A DNA stretch of 64,000 nt. Origin: Eledone cirrhosa. Its lineage: Eukaryota. The notes under the pieces are model-generated. The model was given only the letters and a program-made list of their open reading frames with translations. It made no database searches and was not told the DNA's origin. Both the position numbers and the translations under genes were made by a program. Within the stretch, counting starts at the first letter, position 1, and each line of letters opens with the position of its first letter. Location: positions 126,480,001 to 126,544,000 of the forward strand of contig OZ024744.1 of NCBI GenBank assembly GCA_964016885.1, given 5' to 3'. Below, one piece after another: positions 52,775 through 64,000 of the stretch.

Positions 52775-54640
52775 ACTAAAGATTTACCTCCCTTTTTGAC
52801 AATATGAAACTCTCCTCTGTTTGGTCTGAAAATTGTTGGAGGAAAGAACTTCCTTTTAATATATTTGTCAACATGCTTAATGAAGGGTCTGTTTGGAAGT
52901 GCCTCCCCCATTAAACAGTGGTGGCCATATGTGGACTCAGAAACCAATGGTCACACATACATGTTATGTGTATGAAACATTATTTACACTAAAGGCGGCG
53001 GATTGGCAGTGTCGGTAGAGGGACGGATGCCATGCTTTGCAGCAAAGAGTTACGGCCCTTTATGGTCTGAGTTCAAATCCCGCCGAGGTTAACTATGCCT
53101 TTCATCCTTACGGGGTCGATAAAATAAAGTACCAGTGATACACTGGGATAATTGCTGGCATTGTGTCAAAAGTAGAAACAATTATTTACACTAAAGACAC
53201 TATGGGTACACCAGAGATTTAGTGGAATACATAGTGAGTTAGCTAAGAATGTAGGGTTTACAAGGGGTCACTGCACTGGAGCAGTAGGAAGCAATCACTT
53301 TAGGAGACAAGCTCTATCAAATATTTAAAGGATTCTGTAGAAGCAGTTGACAGTTTCTGTTACCAGGGGGACCAAATTAGCAGTGGAGGTAGGTGTTCTG
53401 AAAGTACAGTAACCAGAGTAAGAACAATATGGCAAAGGTTTAGTGTGTTACTACTGCTAGCTACAAAAGGTTGTTTCATCAAATTGATGTCTGCATATGA
53501 ACAGCAATGCTGCATTGCAGTGAGATCTGGGCGCTGTGTGCAGAGGACCTCCGAAGATTGGACAGAAATGAAGCTTGAATTCTCCGATGGATGTGTAATA
53601 TTAATATACATGAAGAGGAAAGTGTAAATAAACAGAGAGAACCTGGGCATGAGAGGGATAAGATACAGTATGCAGGAGTGTAGATTTCTGTGTTATGGAC
53701 ATGTGATGTGTATGAAGGTAGAGATGCTGTATAAAAGGTTGACCGCTTGAAATTGATGGAAGAGGAAGACCTATGAATGCTTGGGATGAGGAGGTAAAAA
53801 CTGACCCAACGCCATTGTACCTCTCAAAGGTGATGACACAGGCTTGAAATCTCTGGCGTTATACAGTACTGCAGGAGACCTGCATTCCCATGTCCACGGG
53901 TTGAAGCAACATTTAGTGGTTTGAAGTATGCTCCAATTTTCCTCCTCCCCACATCTTAACACTCCACCCCCTTACCAGCTAAGTACACCACCCTGACCTA
54001 CCTCGCCAATCCCCACCCTACATACACACAACCACACCCCCACTTTCACATCTGATACACCTCTCTTGACCAACCCATGTATACAAGTACGGAAAGCTTG
54101 ACATGCTCTCCTCCAATGCTGCTGAAATGGCTAAACCCTCAGGCAACCCTATAAGGTGGTCATGCAGATGTCATGACAAAAGAGCTCCTAACCCTCCCTG
54201 CAAGGTAGTCATGCCGGTGACATGACAAATAAGCAACCAGTCCACCCTGTGAGGTAGACTTGACAGGAGGCCTCTAGCCCACTCTGTAAAGTGGTCATGC
54301 TAGTGGTAAGACTGAAGGCACCTGAACCACCCTTCAAAGTAGTCAAATTGGTGACATGACAAAGGGCACCAAGTCTGCTCTGTTAGCTGGTGGTTGTCAT
54401 GATGATGACACAACGAAAAGCACCCAGTCCACCCTGTAGGTTGGTCATGTTAGCAACACATTAAATACCATTTCCACCCTGTAAATGTGGTTGGAGTTAG
54501 TAAGGGCATCCAGCCATAGAAACTAACCAGAAATGGTTCTTGCATGAGCAAGACACAGTTATTTGATCTAAGTTTTCACACAACAGGACAAGTCGTCCAG
54601 CCCATGCTAGCATGTAAAATGGAGTTTAAATTGTAATGAG
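52775..54640 (+). mobile_element. Decayed RTE LINE 3' region (paralogue at 59958-60905)
   Basis: WVHxRFSGI, FCYxGDQISSGG, 3' tail aagggcatccagccatagaaa. Confidence 0.75.
52995..53180 (+). mobile_element. Family-A SINE with 16-bp TSD
   Basis: TSD attatttacactaaag at 52979-52994 and 53181-53196. Empty site in the paralogue at ~60057-60072. Confidence 0.9.
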
Positions 54641-54740
54641 GATAAATACAATATATGAATATACACATATATATTATATTCTTTTATTCTTATACCTGTT
54701 CCAGCCATCTGGCTGAGGCCATGCTTGGGCACCGCCCATG

Positions 54741-54772
<32 letters not shown>

Positions 54773-55963
54773 TAAAATAACAGATTAAAGTTTAAGCAAA
54801 GTATCGCTGCTTTCACCCTTAACGGGATCTTCTGAAACTAAAAAAAAAATCAATCTGTGACCGAAGAAGTAAATATTTCGAAAAACGTTGCAGCCCAGTT
54901 AAAAACAGGAAGACGATACTTTGGTTCGCAATGAATGGAAAAAAGCGGAGATAATACGTCGTTATGTGGAGCGGTGACAACAATTACATGTAAAGACAAA
55001 ATCACGTTTATGGTATAAATGGAGTCGTAGACTAATATACTATTTAGGAAACTTAATGATTCTCGGCTTCGGAGTTCAGAATAATGTAAATAAATTAGTT
55101 GAACGAAAATGACAGAGGTTATTAAAATCATAAAAGTAATAATAATTAAATATATACATACACACATTTATACACGTGCATACGCGAAAACACACACCAT
55201 GCATGTATATACATGCACGTACACATAAACACGCACATACAGACGTAAACCGGGGCGACACATATACCCGCACACGTACGGACATATACACCAAATACAC
55301 ATATAAATATATGTTTGTGTGTATACATATAATTATATATACACATATAAATATACACGCATAAATGCGTATAGAACGCACACTCACACATACCCACAGG
55401 TAAATACACATATGTTCACCAAACGTACATACACCAAAAGTCTGTGTACACATACACACTCATTCATACCCATATATACACATACGTACATATATGTGTG
55501 TGTATATATATATAGAGAGAGAGCAGTTGTAATGGATAATTTCGCTGCTATTTCTAGCAGTTAGAGAGACTACGTAGAGATTTTCTTATTGATATATAAT
55601 TGATATTTTATTGAGTGATACTTTCTGAGTTACAATCAATTAAATACGATTGGAACTGTATCTGAAGGTATTAAATTATATAAGGGACTTTTAACATATG
55701 ACACCGGTACGAGTGTTGAAACATTCCCAACCACACCGAGTACCTGCTGTCTTCATTATAACTTTAATGAATCTAATTATATCTTGTGTAACAATTATAT
55801 ATATATATATATATACACAATTTTAATTTCCCGACATCAGTCTTACACTGTCATATCTATTCTTACTTTACAATTGTGTCTACTAAGAGTTCCATTACAA
55901 TCTGTAGTAGTAAAACTACTATTTCACCAGAACATCTGCTATCAGTCATTTATAGACAATATA

Positions 55964-57269
55964 CAGGGTGTTCGGGATAAATTTGACAGAATAATATTTG
56001 GTTGTTTTTTCAGATGTTTTAAATTCATTCATGCCCACTAGGCTTTATTTGAAAGTTTAAACCCTCCTTCATTCATATATGTGATGACAACGAGAATGGA
56101 TGACTGGGAGCCACCTGAATCATGGAAGAGAATAACTTGTATCATGATGATTCGCGCCGGCCATCAAAATAAGGAGATTATGGTCGCTGCTCAATGCTCC
56201 CTGAACACTGTAAAAACAATCCGGCATGAACTGGAGAATTGCAATGGAGACTACGAGGCTGTGGCTAGAAGAAAGAAACATAACAGAAGATCTAATTGCT
56301 CTCGCACAGCAGAATTCCTCGAAAATCTGCAGAAAAAGGTGTTGGAGAACCCTGGCATCGGAATTCGGTCTTTGTCGCGTGAATTGAATGTTTTAGCCTC
56401 TACTATGAAAATTGCACTCAATGAAGACCTTCGCTACTACTCATACAAGCGTCGCAGAGGTCAACTTCTCTCAGAAAAGGCCCGCGAAAATCGTCTGACA
56501 AAGGCGAAGAAACTTCTGAGCAAAGTGAAACATCCTGCTGAAGCACAAACAATCTGGTTCTTTTCCGATGAGAAAAACTTTTGCCAAGATCAAAAACACA
56601 ACGCGCAGAATAACAGATGGCTTGCATACAGTCCAAAGGACACTCCTCGAGTCATGCAGACTAAATTTCCCCAAACTGTCATGGTTTTCGGATGTGTGTC
56701 CTCTGAGGGTGATGTGATGCCTCCGCATTTTTTCAAACAGGGTCTCAGGTTGAATTCAGATGCCTACGTGGAATTGCTAACCACTGTAGTTAAGCCCTGG
56801 ATAACAAGGGTAGCCAATAATAGGCCGTATGTATGGCAGCAGTAATCGGCCCCCTGCCACACCTCGGGGAAAAGTCAAAAATGGTTGTCAGCCAATTTTT
56901 ACGACTACACCAGTCCCAATGTTTGGCCTCCGAACTCCCCTGATCTTAAGTCGATGGACTATTATGTATGGGGCGCTGTAGAGAAAGACACCAATCGCCG
57001 TGCCAGTACTACAAAAGCCCAGTTAATCGACAGAATTAAAGTAGTTTTTGAGGGTCTTCCCAGGGAAAGTGTAAAATCAGCTTGCTCCAGGTTCCGGGCC
57101 CGGATTGAGGCTGTAATAGACGCTAAGGGCGGTTATTTTGAGTAAAACTCTTTGACAATAGTGTAATTTCCTTGTCCATTGAATTTCTTTTAAATCAAAT
57201 AAATTTTGTAGATACCAAGCACTTTTTCTTTTTCCTGATGAAACTGTCAAATTTATCCCGAACACCCTG
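55964..57269 (+). mobile_element. Full-length Tc1/mariner DD37D (maT-type) transposon
   Basis: Perfect 26-bp TIRs CAGGGTGTTCGGGATAAATTTGACAG with TA TSD. Empty sites in units 1, 2 and 4. Confidence 0.95.
56081..57145 (+). pseudogene. DD37D transposase with a single in-frame stop
   Basis: FFSDEKNF (first D); WQQ*SAPCH with TAA 56843-56845 in place of the second D; 37 residues to SPDLKSMDY (third D). Confidence 0.92.
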
Positions 57270-57877
57270 TATATATTTTAGACCACATATCAACCTAATA
57301 TATATATATATTTCCTATCAAATCTGTAGCTAAAGACATAAAGTCAGCCTCACTACTTCATTCTGACAAGATATCAATGTATGACTAAAGATGAAGAAGA
57401 TACACCACGCTGTAATGTGGCCGTGTAGGCAACACGGTAAAAACCTCCCAGTCCCACACTGTAAATGTGGTTGGTGTTAGGAAGGGCATCCAGCTGTAGA
57501 AAACCCGCCAGACGGTCCTATGCGAACAAGACAACCACTCTTGCTTTAAGTGGGAAAACTCCCGTCCAAACCCATGCAAGCGTGGAACATGGACGTTAAA
57601 TGATGATGATGATGTATATATATATATATATATATATAATATATTTAGAAACACACAGATACATGCGGACACACACATATATACATGAATGCATCCGCAC
57701 CCAACTGTGAGTTAAGGGTGCCAACTTCACCGATGTTGCTCAATGAATGACCGGGACAGACCAATTCAGTTGAACTAGACTGAACCAGTATCAGAGTTAA
57801 AAATACATTATGAAGAGAGAAGAAACATTTAGATATAATTAGTAATAAAATGTATCATACCTAAACTGCTCCTAAAT

Positions 57878-57967
57878 TCCTCGACTACGTAGTTTCGTGG
57901 CATAAACAAAAACAATATATCATAAAGATATAGAGTCCCTGCGAGGTCTGCCGACTTATCAAGAGGA
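57878..57967 (-). ncRNA. Type-I hammerhead, family H5 (antisense copy)
   Basis: Exact reverse complement of 58627-58716. Confidence 0.78.
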
Positions 57968-58626
57968 TACCTCATTTTACTAGTCTCAAGAACGCGTCTA
58001 CACGACGTGAGAAAGAATCCCAAAAGGCGGAGGGGGAGATAGTCACGCGATATAACGGTCGAGAAACAGAGCTAAGCCTCTTATAACCCCGAAGAAAATA
58101 CCACAGAGGCGGAGGGGGTATTCATATCGAGGCCGCAGAAGAGGTGGTGAAGAAGGCTAATTATATCTAAATGTTTCTTCTCTCTTCATAATGTATTTTT
58201 AACTCTGATACTGGTTCAGTCTAGTTCAACTGAATTGGTCTGTCCCGGTCATTCATTGAGCAACATCGGTGAAGTTGGCACCCTTAACTCACAGTTGGGT
58301 GCGGATGCATTCATGTATATATGTGTGTGTCCGCATGTATCTGTGTGTTTCTAAATATATTGTTAATAACTCCCTCTGGTCGAGCAATCTTTGAAGTGTG
58401 GGGACAACTGGAAAGCTTCCATTACTCATACTTCTAGCCTTCTTCACCACCTCTTCTGCGGCCTCGATATGAATACCCCCTCCGCATCTGTGGTATTTTC
58501 TTCGGGGTTATAAGAGGCTTAGCTCTGTTTCTCGACCGTTATATCGCGTGACTATCTCCCCCTCCGCCTTTTGGGATTCTTTCTCACGTCGTGTAGACGC
58601 GTTCTTGAGACTAGTAAAATGAGGTA

Positions 58627-58716
58627 TCCTCTTGATAAGTCGGCAGACCTCGCAGGGACTCTATATCTTTATGATATATTGTTTTTGTTTATGCCACGAA
58701 ACTACGTAGTCGAGGA
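58627..58716 (+). ncRNA. Type-I hammerhead, family H5, U3-A8 core variant
   Basis: uccuc-UUGAUAA-gucggca…ugccac-GAAA-CUACGUAG-UC|gagga. Stem I is a perfect 5 bp, stem III is the 10-nt palindrome ACUACGUAGU, GUC site. Confidence 0.8.
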
Positions 58717-58788
58717 ATTTAGGAGCAGTTTAGGTATGATACATTTTATTACTAATTATATCTAAATGTTTCTTCTCTCTTCATAATG

Positions 58789-58851
<63 letters not shown>

Positions 58852-58861
58852 GTATATATAT

Positions 58862-59950
58862 GTGTGGATCAGGTTATGAAAGGGTTAAACTAGATGAGAT
58901 GCAGTTTGGTTTTGTACCTGGGAAAAGTACAACAGATGCCCTCTTCTTGGTGAGACAATTACAAGAGAGGTTCTTAGAGATGAATAAGCCACTATACTCT
59001 ATACTGAGCCTTTGTTGACCTAGAGAAGGCTTCTGATAGGGTACCCCGATCTGTCACCTGATGGTCCCTAAGGAAACTAGGTGTTGAGGAATGGCTTGTG
59101 AGGACAGTGCAAACTTTGTACAGAGGTGCTGTCAGTAAAGTCAGGGTAGGAAAGGAGTTTAGTGAGGAATTCCAGATACAAGTAGGTGTACATCAAGGTT
59201 CCGTCCTCAGCCCACTCTTGTTCGTTATAGTCCTCCAAGCCATAACAGAGGAGCTAGAGACTGGATGTCCATGGGAACTTCTCTATGCTGATGATCTGGT
59301 TCTTATAGCAGAATAAGTAGGGGAGCTAGACAATATATTCTGGCTATGGAAACAGCAGTTGGAAGCAAGAGGACTGAGAGTGAACCTAGCTAAGACAAAA
59401 GTGTTGAGTAGAAAAGAGGACAAAACTCTGATTCCGTCAGGGATATGGCCATGTTCGATATGCAGAAAAGGAACTGGCATAAATTCTATAAAATGCACAC
59501 AATGGAGATGTTGGGTACACAAGAGATGTAGTGGGATAGCAGGCAAACTAACAGGTAGGGAGAAATACGTATGCATTAGATGTACAGGGAAATTAGACAG
59601 TAGAAGTCACAGTGATATACACATGTTACAAATGCAGGTGGGTGCTATAGAAGTGGTGGATAGCTTCCGGTACCTAGGAGATCAGATTAGCATGGGAGGG
59701 GAGGGGGGTTCCGAGGCCATAGTATCTAGAATAAGGACGGGTCGGAAGAAGTTTAGGGAGCTGCTGTCGAAGAAGGGTTTCTCCCTGCATACGAAAGGCC
59801 GGTTATATGATGCCCGTGTGAAGAGCGCGATGCTGCATGGTCGTGAGACATGGGCAGCAACTGCAGAGGATATGCGACGGCTGGAGAGAAATGAGGCAAG
59901 CATGCTCCGTTGGATGTGCAGTGTCAATGTGTGTGAACGACCCAGCATAA
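58862..59950 (+). mobile_element. RTE LINE RT fragment
   Basis: QFGFVPGKSTTDA, GVHQGSVLSPLLF, ELLYADDLVLIAE, PHD-like finger. Close relative of 33270-34354 in the opposite orientation. Confidence 0.9.
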
Positions 59951-61767
59951 GATTTACAGCTAAAGATTTACCTCCCTTTTTGACAATAGTAAACAGTGGT
60001 GGCCATAAGTGGGCTCAGAAACCAATGGTCACACATAGATGTTATGTGTATGAAACATTATTTACTCTAAAGAGACTATGGGTACACAAGAGATTTAGTG
60101 GGATACATGGTAAGTTAGCTAAGAATGTAGGTTTTACATGGGGTCATTGCACTGGAGCAGTAAGAAGCAATCACTTTTGGGAGACAAGTTCTATCAAATA
60201 TTTAAAGGGTTCCATAGAAACAGTTGACAGTTTCTGTTACCTGGGTGACCAAATTAGCAGTGGAGGTAGGTGTACTGAAAGTACAGAAACCAGAGTAAGA
60301 ACAAAATGGCAAAGGTTTTGGGTGCTACTATTACTACTACTGCTAGCTACAAAAGGTTGTTTTACGAAATTGATGTCTGCATATGAACAGCAATGCTGCA
60401 TTGCAGTGAGATGTGGGCGGTGTGTGCAGAGGACCTCAGAAGATTGGATAGAAATGAAGTTTGAATTCTCCGATGGATGTGTAATATTAATATACATGAA
60501 GAGCAAAGAGTAAATAAACAGAGAACCTGGGCATGAGATGGATAAGATACAGTATGCAGGAGAGGAGATTGCTGTGGTATGGGCATGTGATGTGTATGAA
60601 GGTAGAGATGATGTATAAAAGGTTGACTGCTAGAAATTGATGGAAGAAGACCTATGAATGCTTGGGATGAGGAGGTAAAAGTGACCTGACACCATTGTAC
60701 CTCTCAATGGTGATGACACAGGATTGAAATCTCTGGCGTTATACAGAACTGCAGGAGACCTGCATTCCCATGTCCACGGGATGAAGCAACATTTAGTGAT
60801 TTGAAGTATGCCCCAATTTTCCTCCTCCCCACCTTTTAACACTCCACTCCCTTACCAGCGAAGTAACGCCTCTGACCCACCTCTCCAATCCCCACCCCAC
60901 ATACATAAAGAATTGCTGCTTTCACCTTTAACGGGATCTGAAACTGAAAAAAATCAATCTGTGAACGTAGAAGTAAATATTTCGAAAAATGTTGCAACCG
61001 AAGTAAAACAGGAAGACGATACTTTGGTTCGTGAAGATGTTCTCTGGCAATGAACGGAAAGAAGCGAAGATCATACCTCGTTATGTGGAGCGGTGAGAAC
61101 AATTACACGCAAAGACAAAACCACATTTAAGGTATAAATGGAGTCGTAGACTAATATATTATTTAGGAAACTGAATGATTCTCGGCTTCGGAGTTCAGAA
61201 TAATGTAAATAAATTAGTAGAACGAAAATAACAGAGGTTATCGAAATCATGAATCTTAAATATATACATACACATTTATACACGTGTATATGCGAAAACA
61301 CACGGCATGCATGCATATACATGCACAAACACATATACACGCGCACACATGCGTAAACCGGCGCGACACATACCCACACACATATGAACGTATACACTAA
61401 ATACACATATAAATATGTGTGTGTGAGTGTATACATATATAAATATAGGCGCATAAATGCGTATAGAACGCACACTCACATACCTACAGGTAAATACACA
61501 TGTTCACCACACGTACATATACCAAAACCCTATGTACATATATAAACACCATACATACGTGCAAGCACACATACACACTCATACATACCCATATATGATG
61601 GCTGCCCCCTCGTTATCGAGTAGGGCCATTGCACGAGAAAAAAAAACAATAATAATAATAATAATAATAACGACAACAACAATAATAATATACATACATA
61701 TATATATATATGTATATATATACACACACACACATAAACATATCTACACACACACACACAATAGCAA

Positions 61768-62242
61768 CTAACAGCGCTGGGATCGAATGTGGCTTTTTAG
61801 CCCAGCCAAAGATCTAAAATGTCTTGCACAGAGTTGGCAACCAAAACATTCACTGGGAATAGCCGGCTGTGGCTGGAGTTGATGTACTTTTGAATGTCGT
61901 TTGAGCCTTCCTGCTGATTTACATTCTCTACCACATACTTGGCAGGCATGATGAGTAGCATCTCCAACAGCAGCCTGGTAGTCAACCACTGGTCTTACTT
62001 TGTGACTGCGAAGATGACTTTCGAGTCCCGATTTGCTGAGGCAAAATCTCGCACAGAGGCTGCAAATGCAACGGTAATGCCCTTCCTCACATCCCACATT
62101 ACGATCAGCAGCAACATTTTCCCATGTATCAGCAGAGATGTTAGCGTCTTTCAAAGAGGCTTTCAAGGAATCCTTATACCTCTTTTTTGGTTTATGTGGA
62201 GGTCGTTTTCCTTTAACTAACTCTCCATAAAATAGTTGTTTA
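61768..62242 (-). mobile_element. 3' end of a second RTE-type LINE with three C-terminal C2H2 fingers
   Basis: KQLFYGELVKGKRPPHKPKKRYKDSLK…TWENVAADR, then CSLC…HLRSH, CQVC…HSKVH and CQLC…HIRSQ. Confidence 0.75.
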
Positions 62243-62340
62243 TACATATACATACACATAAGAGTTGTATACACATTTACATACATACGTACATATATAT
62301 GTGTGTGTATATATATAAATATATATATAGAGAGAGAACA

Positions 62341-64000
62341 GTTGTATTGGATAATATCGCTGCTATTTCTAGCAGTTAGAGAGACTACGTAGAGGTTTTC
62401 TTATTGATATATAATTGATATTTTATTGAGTATTACTTTCTGATTTACAATCAATTAAATACGATTGGAACTGTGTCTGAAGGTATTAAATTATATCAGG
62501 GACTTTTAACGTGTGACACCGGTACGACAGTTGAAACATTACCAACGACACCGAGTACCTGCTGTCTTCAGTGCCTAAAGTAGAAACAATTATAACTTTA
62601 ATTAATCTAATTATATCTTGTGTAACAATTATATATATATATATAATTTTAATTCCCCGACATCAGTCTTACACTGTCATATCTATTCTTACTTTACAAT
62701 TGTGTCTACTAAGAGTTCCATTACAATCTGTAGTAGTAAAACTACTATTTCACCAGAACATCTGCTATCAGTCATTTGTAGACAATATATATATTTTAGA
62801 CCACATATCAACCTAATATATATATATTTCCTATCAAATCTGTAGCTAAAGACATAAAGTCAGCCTCACTACTTCATTCTGACAAGATATCAATTTATGA
62901 CTAAAGATGAAGATACACCAACGTTAATGTCGTGAAATAAAGCTGATAACATTGAAACTTCTAATTTGATAACAAAGAGATTATTTCTTTGGTTGTTTAG
63001 TAAAAGCTAACAACACAACACATTGATTATATCTGAAGGAGGTAAGTTGACAAAGATTTACTTAATGTCTATATTAATGTGTGTAAATAATATAATTATG
63101 TGACCCCTACAACAATCGAGTAATTAACCAGATTCCACTGTTACATGTGATATAAAATATATTGTTATCATGACTGTCTTTATTATTTAATTACCTCCGT
63201 CTATATTTCAACCACTGGAACAACCTCAAACAAGAAACAGTTGTCACACTCAGTCAACATTTTAATGTAAAAAAATCGAAATAAATGTTATGAGTGTATA
63301 TAGATAGATGTATGTTGTGTGTGTATATATACAGTAATCCCCCGCTATATCGCGGTTCACTTTTCGCGGTCCCGTTACATCGCGGATATTTCTTTAGAAC
63401 GTATTTAATTTCCTATCGCGGTAATCCTCGCCACATCGCGGATTATTCGTTAGAACATATCTAGTTTCTTATCGCGGTACGTCTGAATAAAAAGTATTTA
63501 AAATTTAAACTTATTAAATAAGTTTCAATGTTATTAAAGTGTATATCGTAAGGAAGGGACATCTTAAGGCTTTAATTATGAACAAATGTTTATATTTTTC
63601 ATTCCATTATTGTTTTACTGATTGTGTTTTGCTCTAATCTACTACAAACCCTTCATAGATTGACGGGAGATGTGCAGTGTATTACCAAGTGGCTACTGTG
63701 GCTGGCAATAGTCCTCATTGGTAACTAGTGGTATGATGGTTGGTGGTAGTTTCTATACGATCGTTACTGGCTGTTTTTGGTGTTTAAATACAAAAGTGTG
63801 TTTTAATGAGTTTATATGTACTTAAAGCATGTATGAGAGGTATTTTAAGGCTTAAACTATGAAAACAACGGTTGTCTTTATGGTCTCTCTATATCACGGT
63901 TGGTTCTGGAAGGTATCATGGCTTAGTGGTTAGAGCATTGGGCTTACAATTAAAAGTTGGTGAGTTCGATTCTCGGACCATGTGATGTGTTGTGTCCTTG
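62341..64000 (+). other. Start of ZNF duplication unit 4 (runs off the window)
   Basis: Paralogue of 42153-43680. Donor GTAAGT at 63042; shares the Tigger-like relic and SINE B with unit 2. Confidence 0.75.

Larger units (their letters stand above)
55527..57405 (+). other. Start of ZNF duplication unit 3 (interrupted and truncated)
   Basis: Paralogue of 29248. Interrupted by the mariner and ends at …gatacacca before the splice donor. Confidence 0.75.
57638..58790. mobile_element. Hammerhead element family H5: inverted plus partial tandem copies
   Basis: Arrangement rc(B-A) + A-C-B-A(partial): A 58158-58360, B 58435-58751, inverted copy 57638-58160. (TA)n on both sides. Confidence 0.85.

Noticed and set aside
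57829-58765. Identical 64-aa ORFs on opposite strands
   Set aside because: By-product of the inverted duplication; TTG start and no recognisable motif.
59359-60513. 384-aa ORF as a host gene
   Set aside because: Chance in-frame fusion of two decayed LINE fragments across a rearrangement junction.

Overview
AT-rich, microsatellite-dense animal genomic DNA. The tandem C2H2 zinc-finger cluster, tRNA/CORE SINEs, RTE LINEs and (TA)n tracts suggest an octopus or other coleoid cephalopod (inference, not proven). Three C2H2-ZNF loci are present: a frameshifted 11-finger gene (minus, 1149-2061), a 5'-decayed 15-finger frame (36702-37973) and an intact 30-finger ORF (48950-51478). The last two sit in a tandem segmental duplication with four unit starts (~29250, ~42150, ~55530, ~62340); unit 3 has lost its ZNF exon. 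The window also holds a 1.4-kb interstitial (CCCTAA)n array, a full-length DD37D Tc1/mariner element with a stop at a catalytic Asp, three Helitrons, a hAT MITE and many RTE-LINE and SINE fragments. The most notable signal is at least five sequence-unrelated families of type-I hammerhead ribozyme motifs with palindromic stem III, of the Penelope-like/retrozyme kind. They sit in short elements within (TA)n tracts and mostly occur as inverted duplications. Three fold-backs are centred on the ribozyme's stem II. All coordinates were read by eye and may be off by a few bases.
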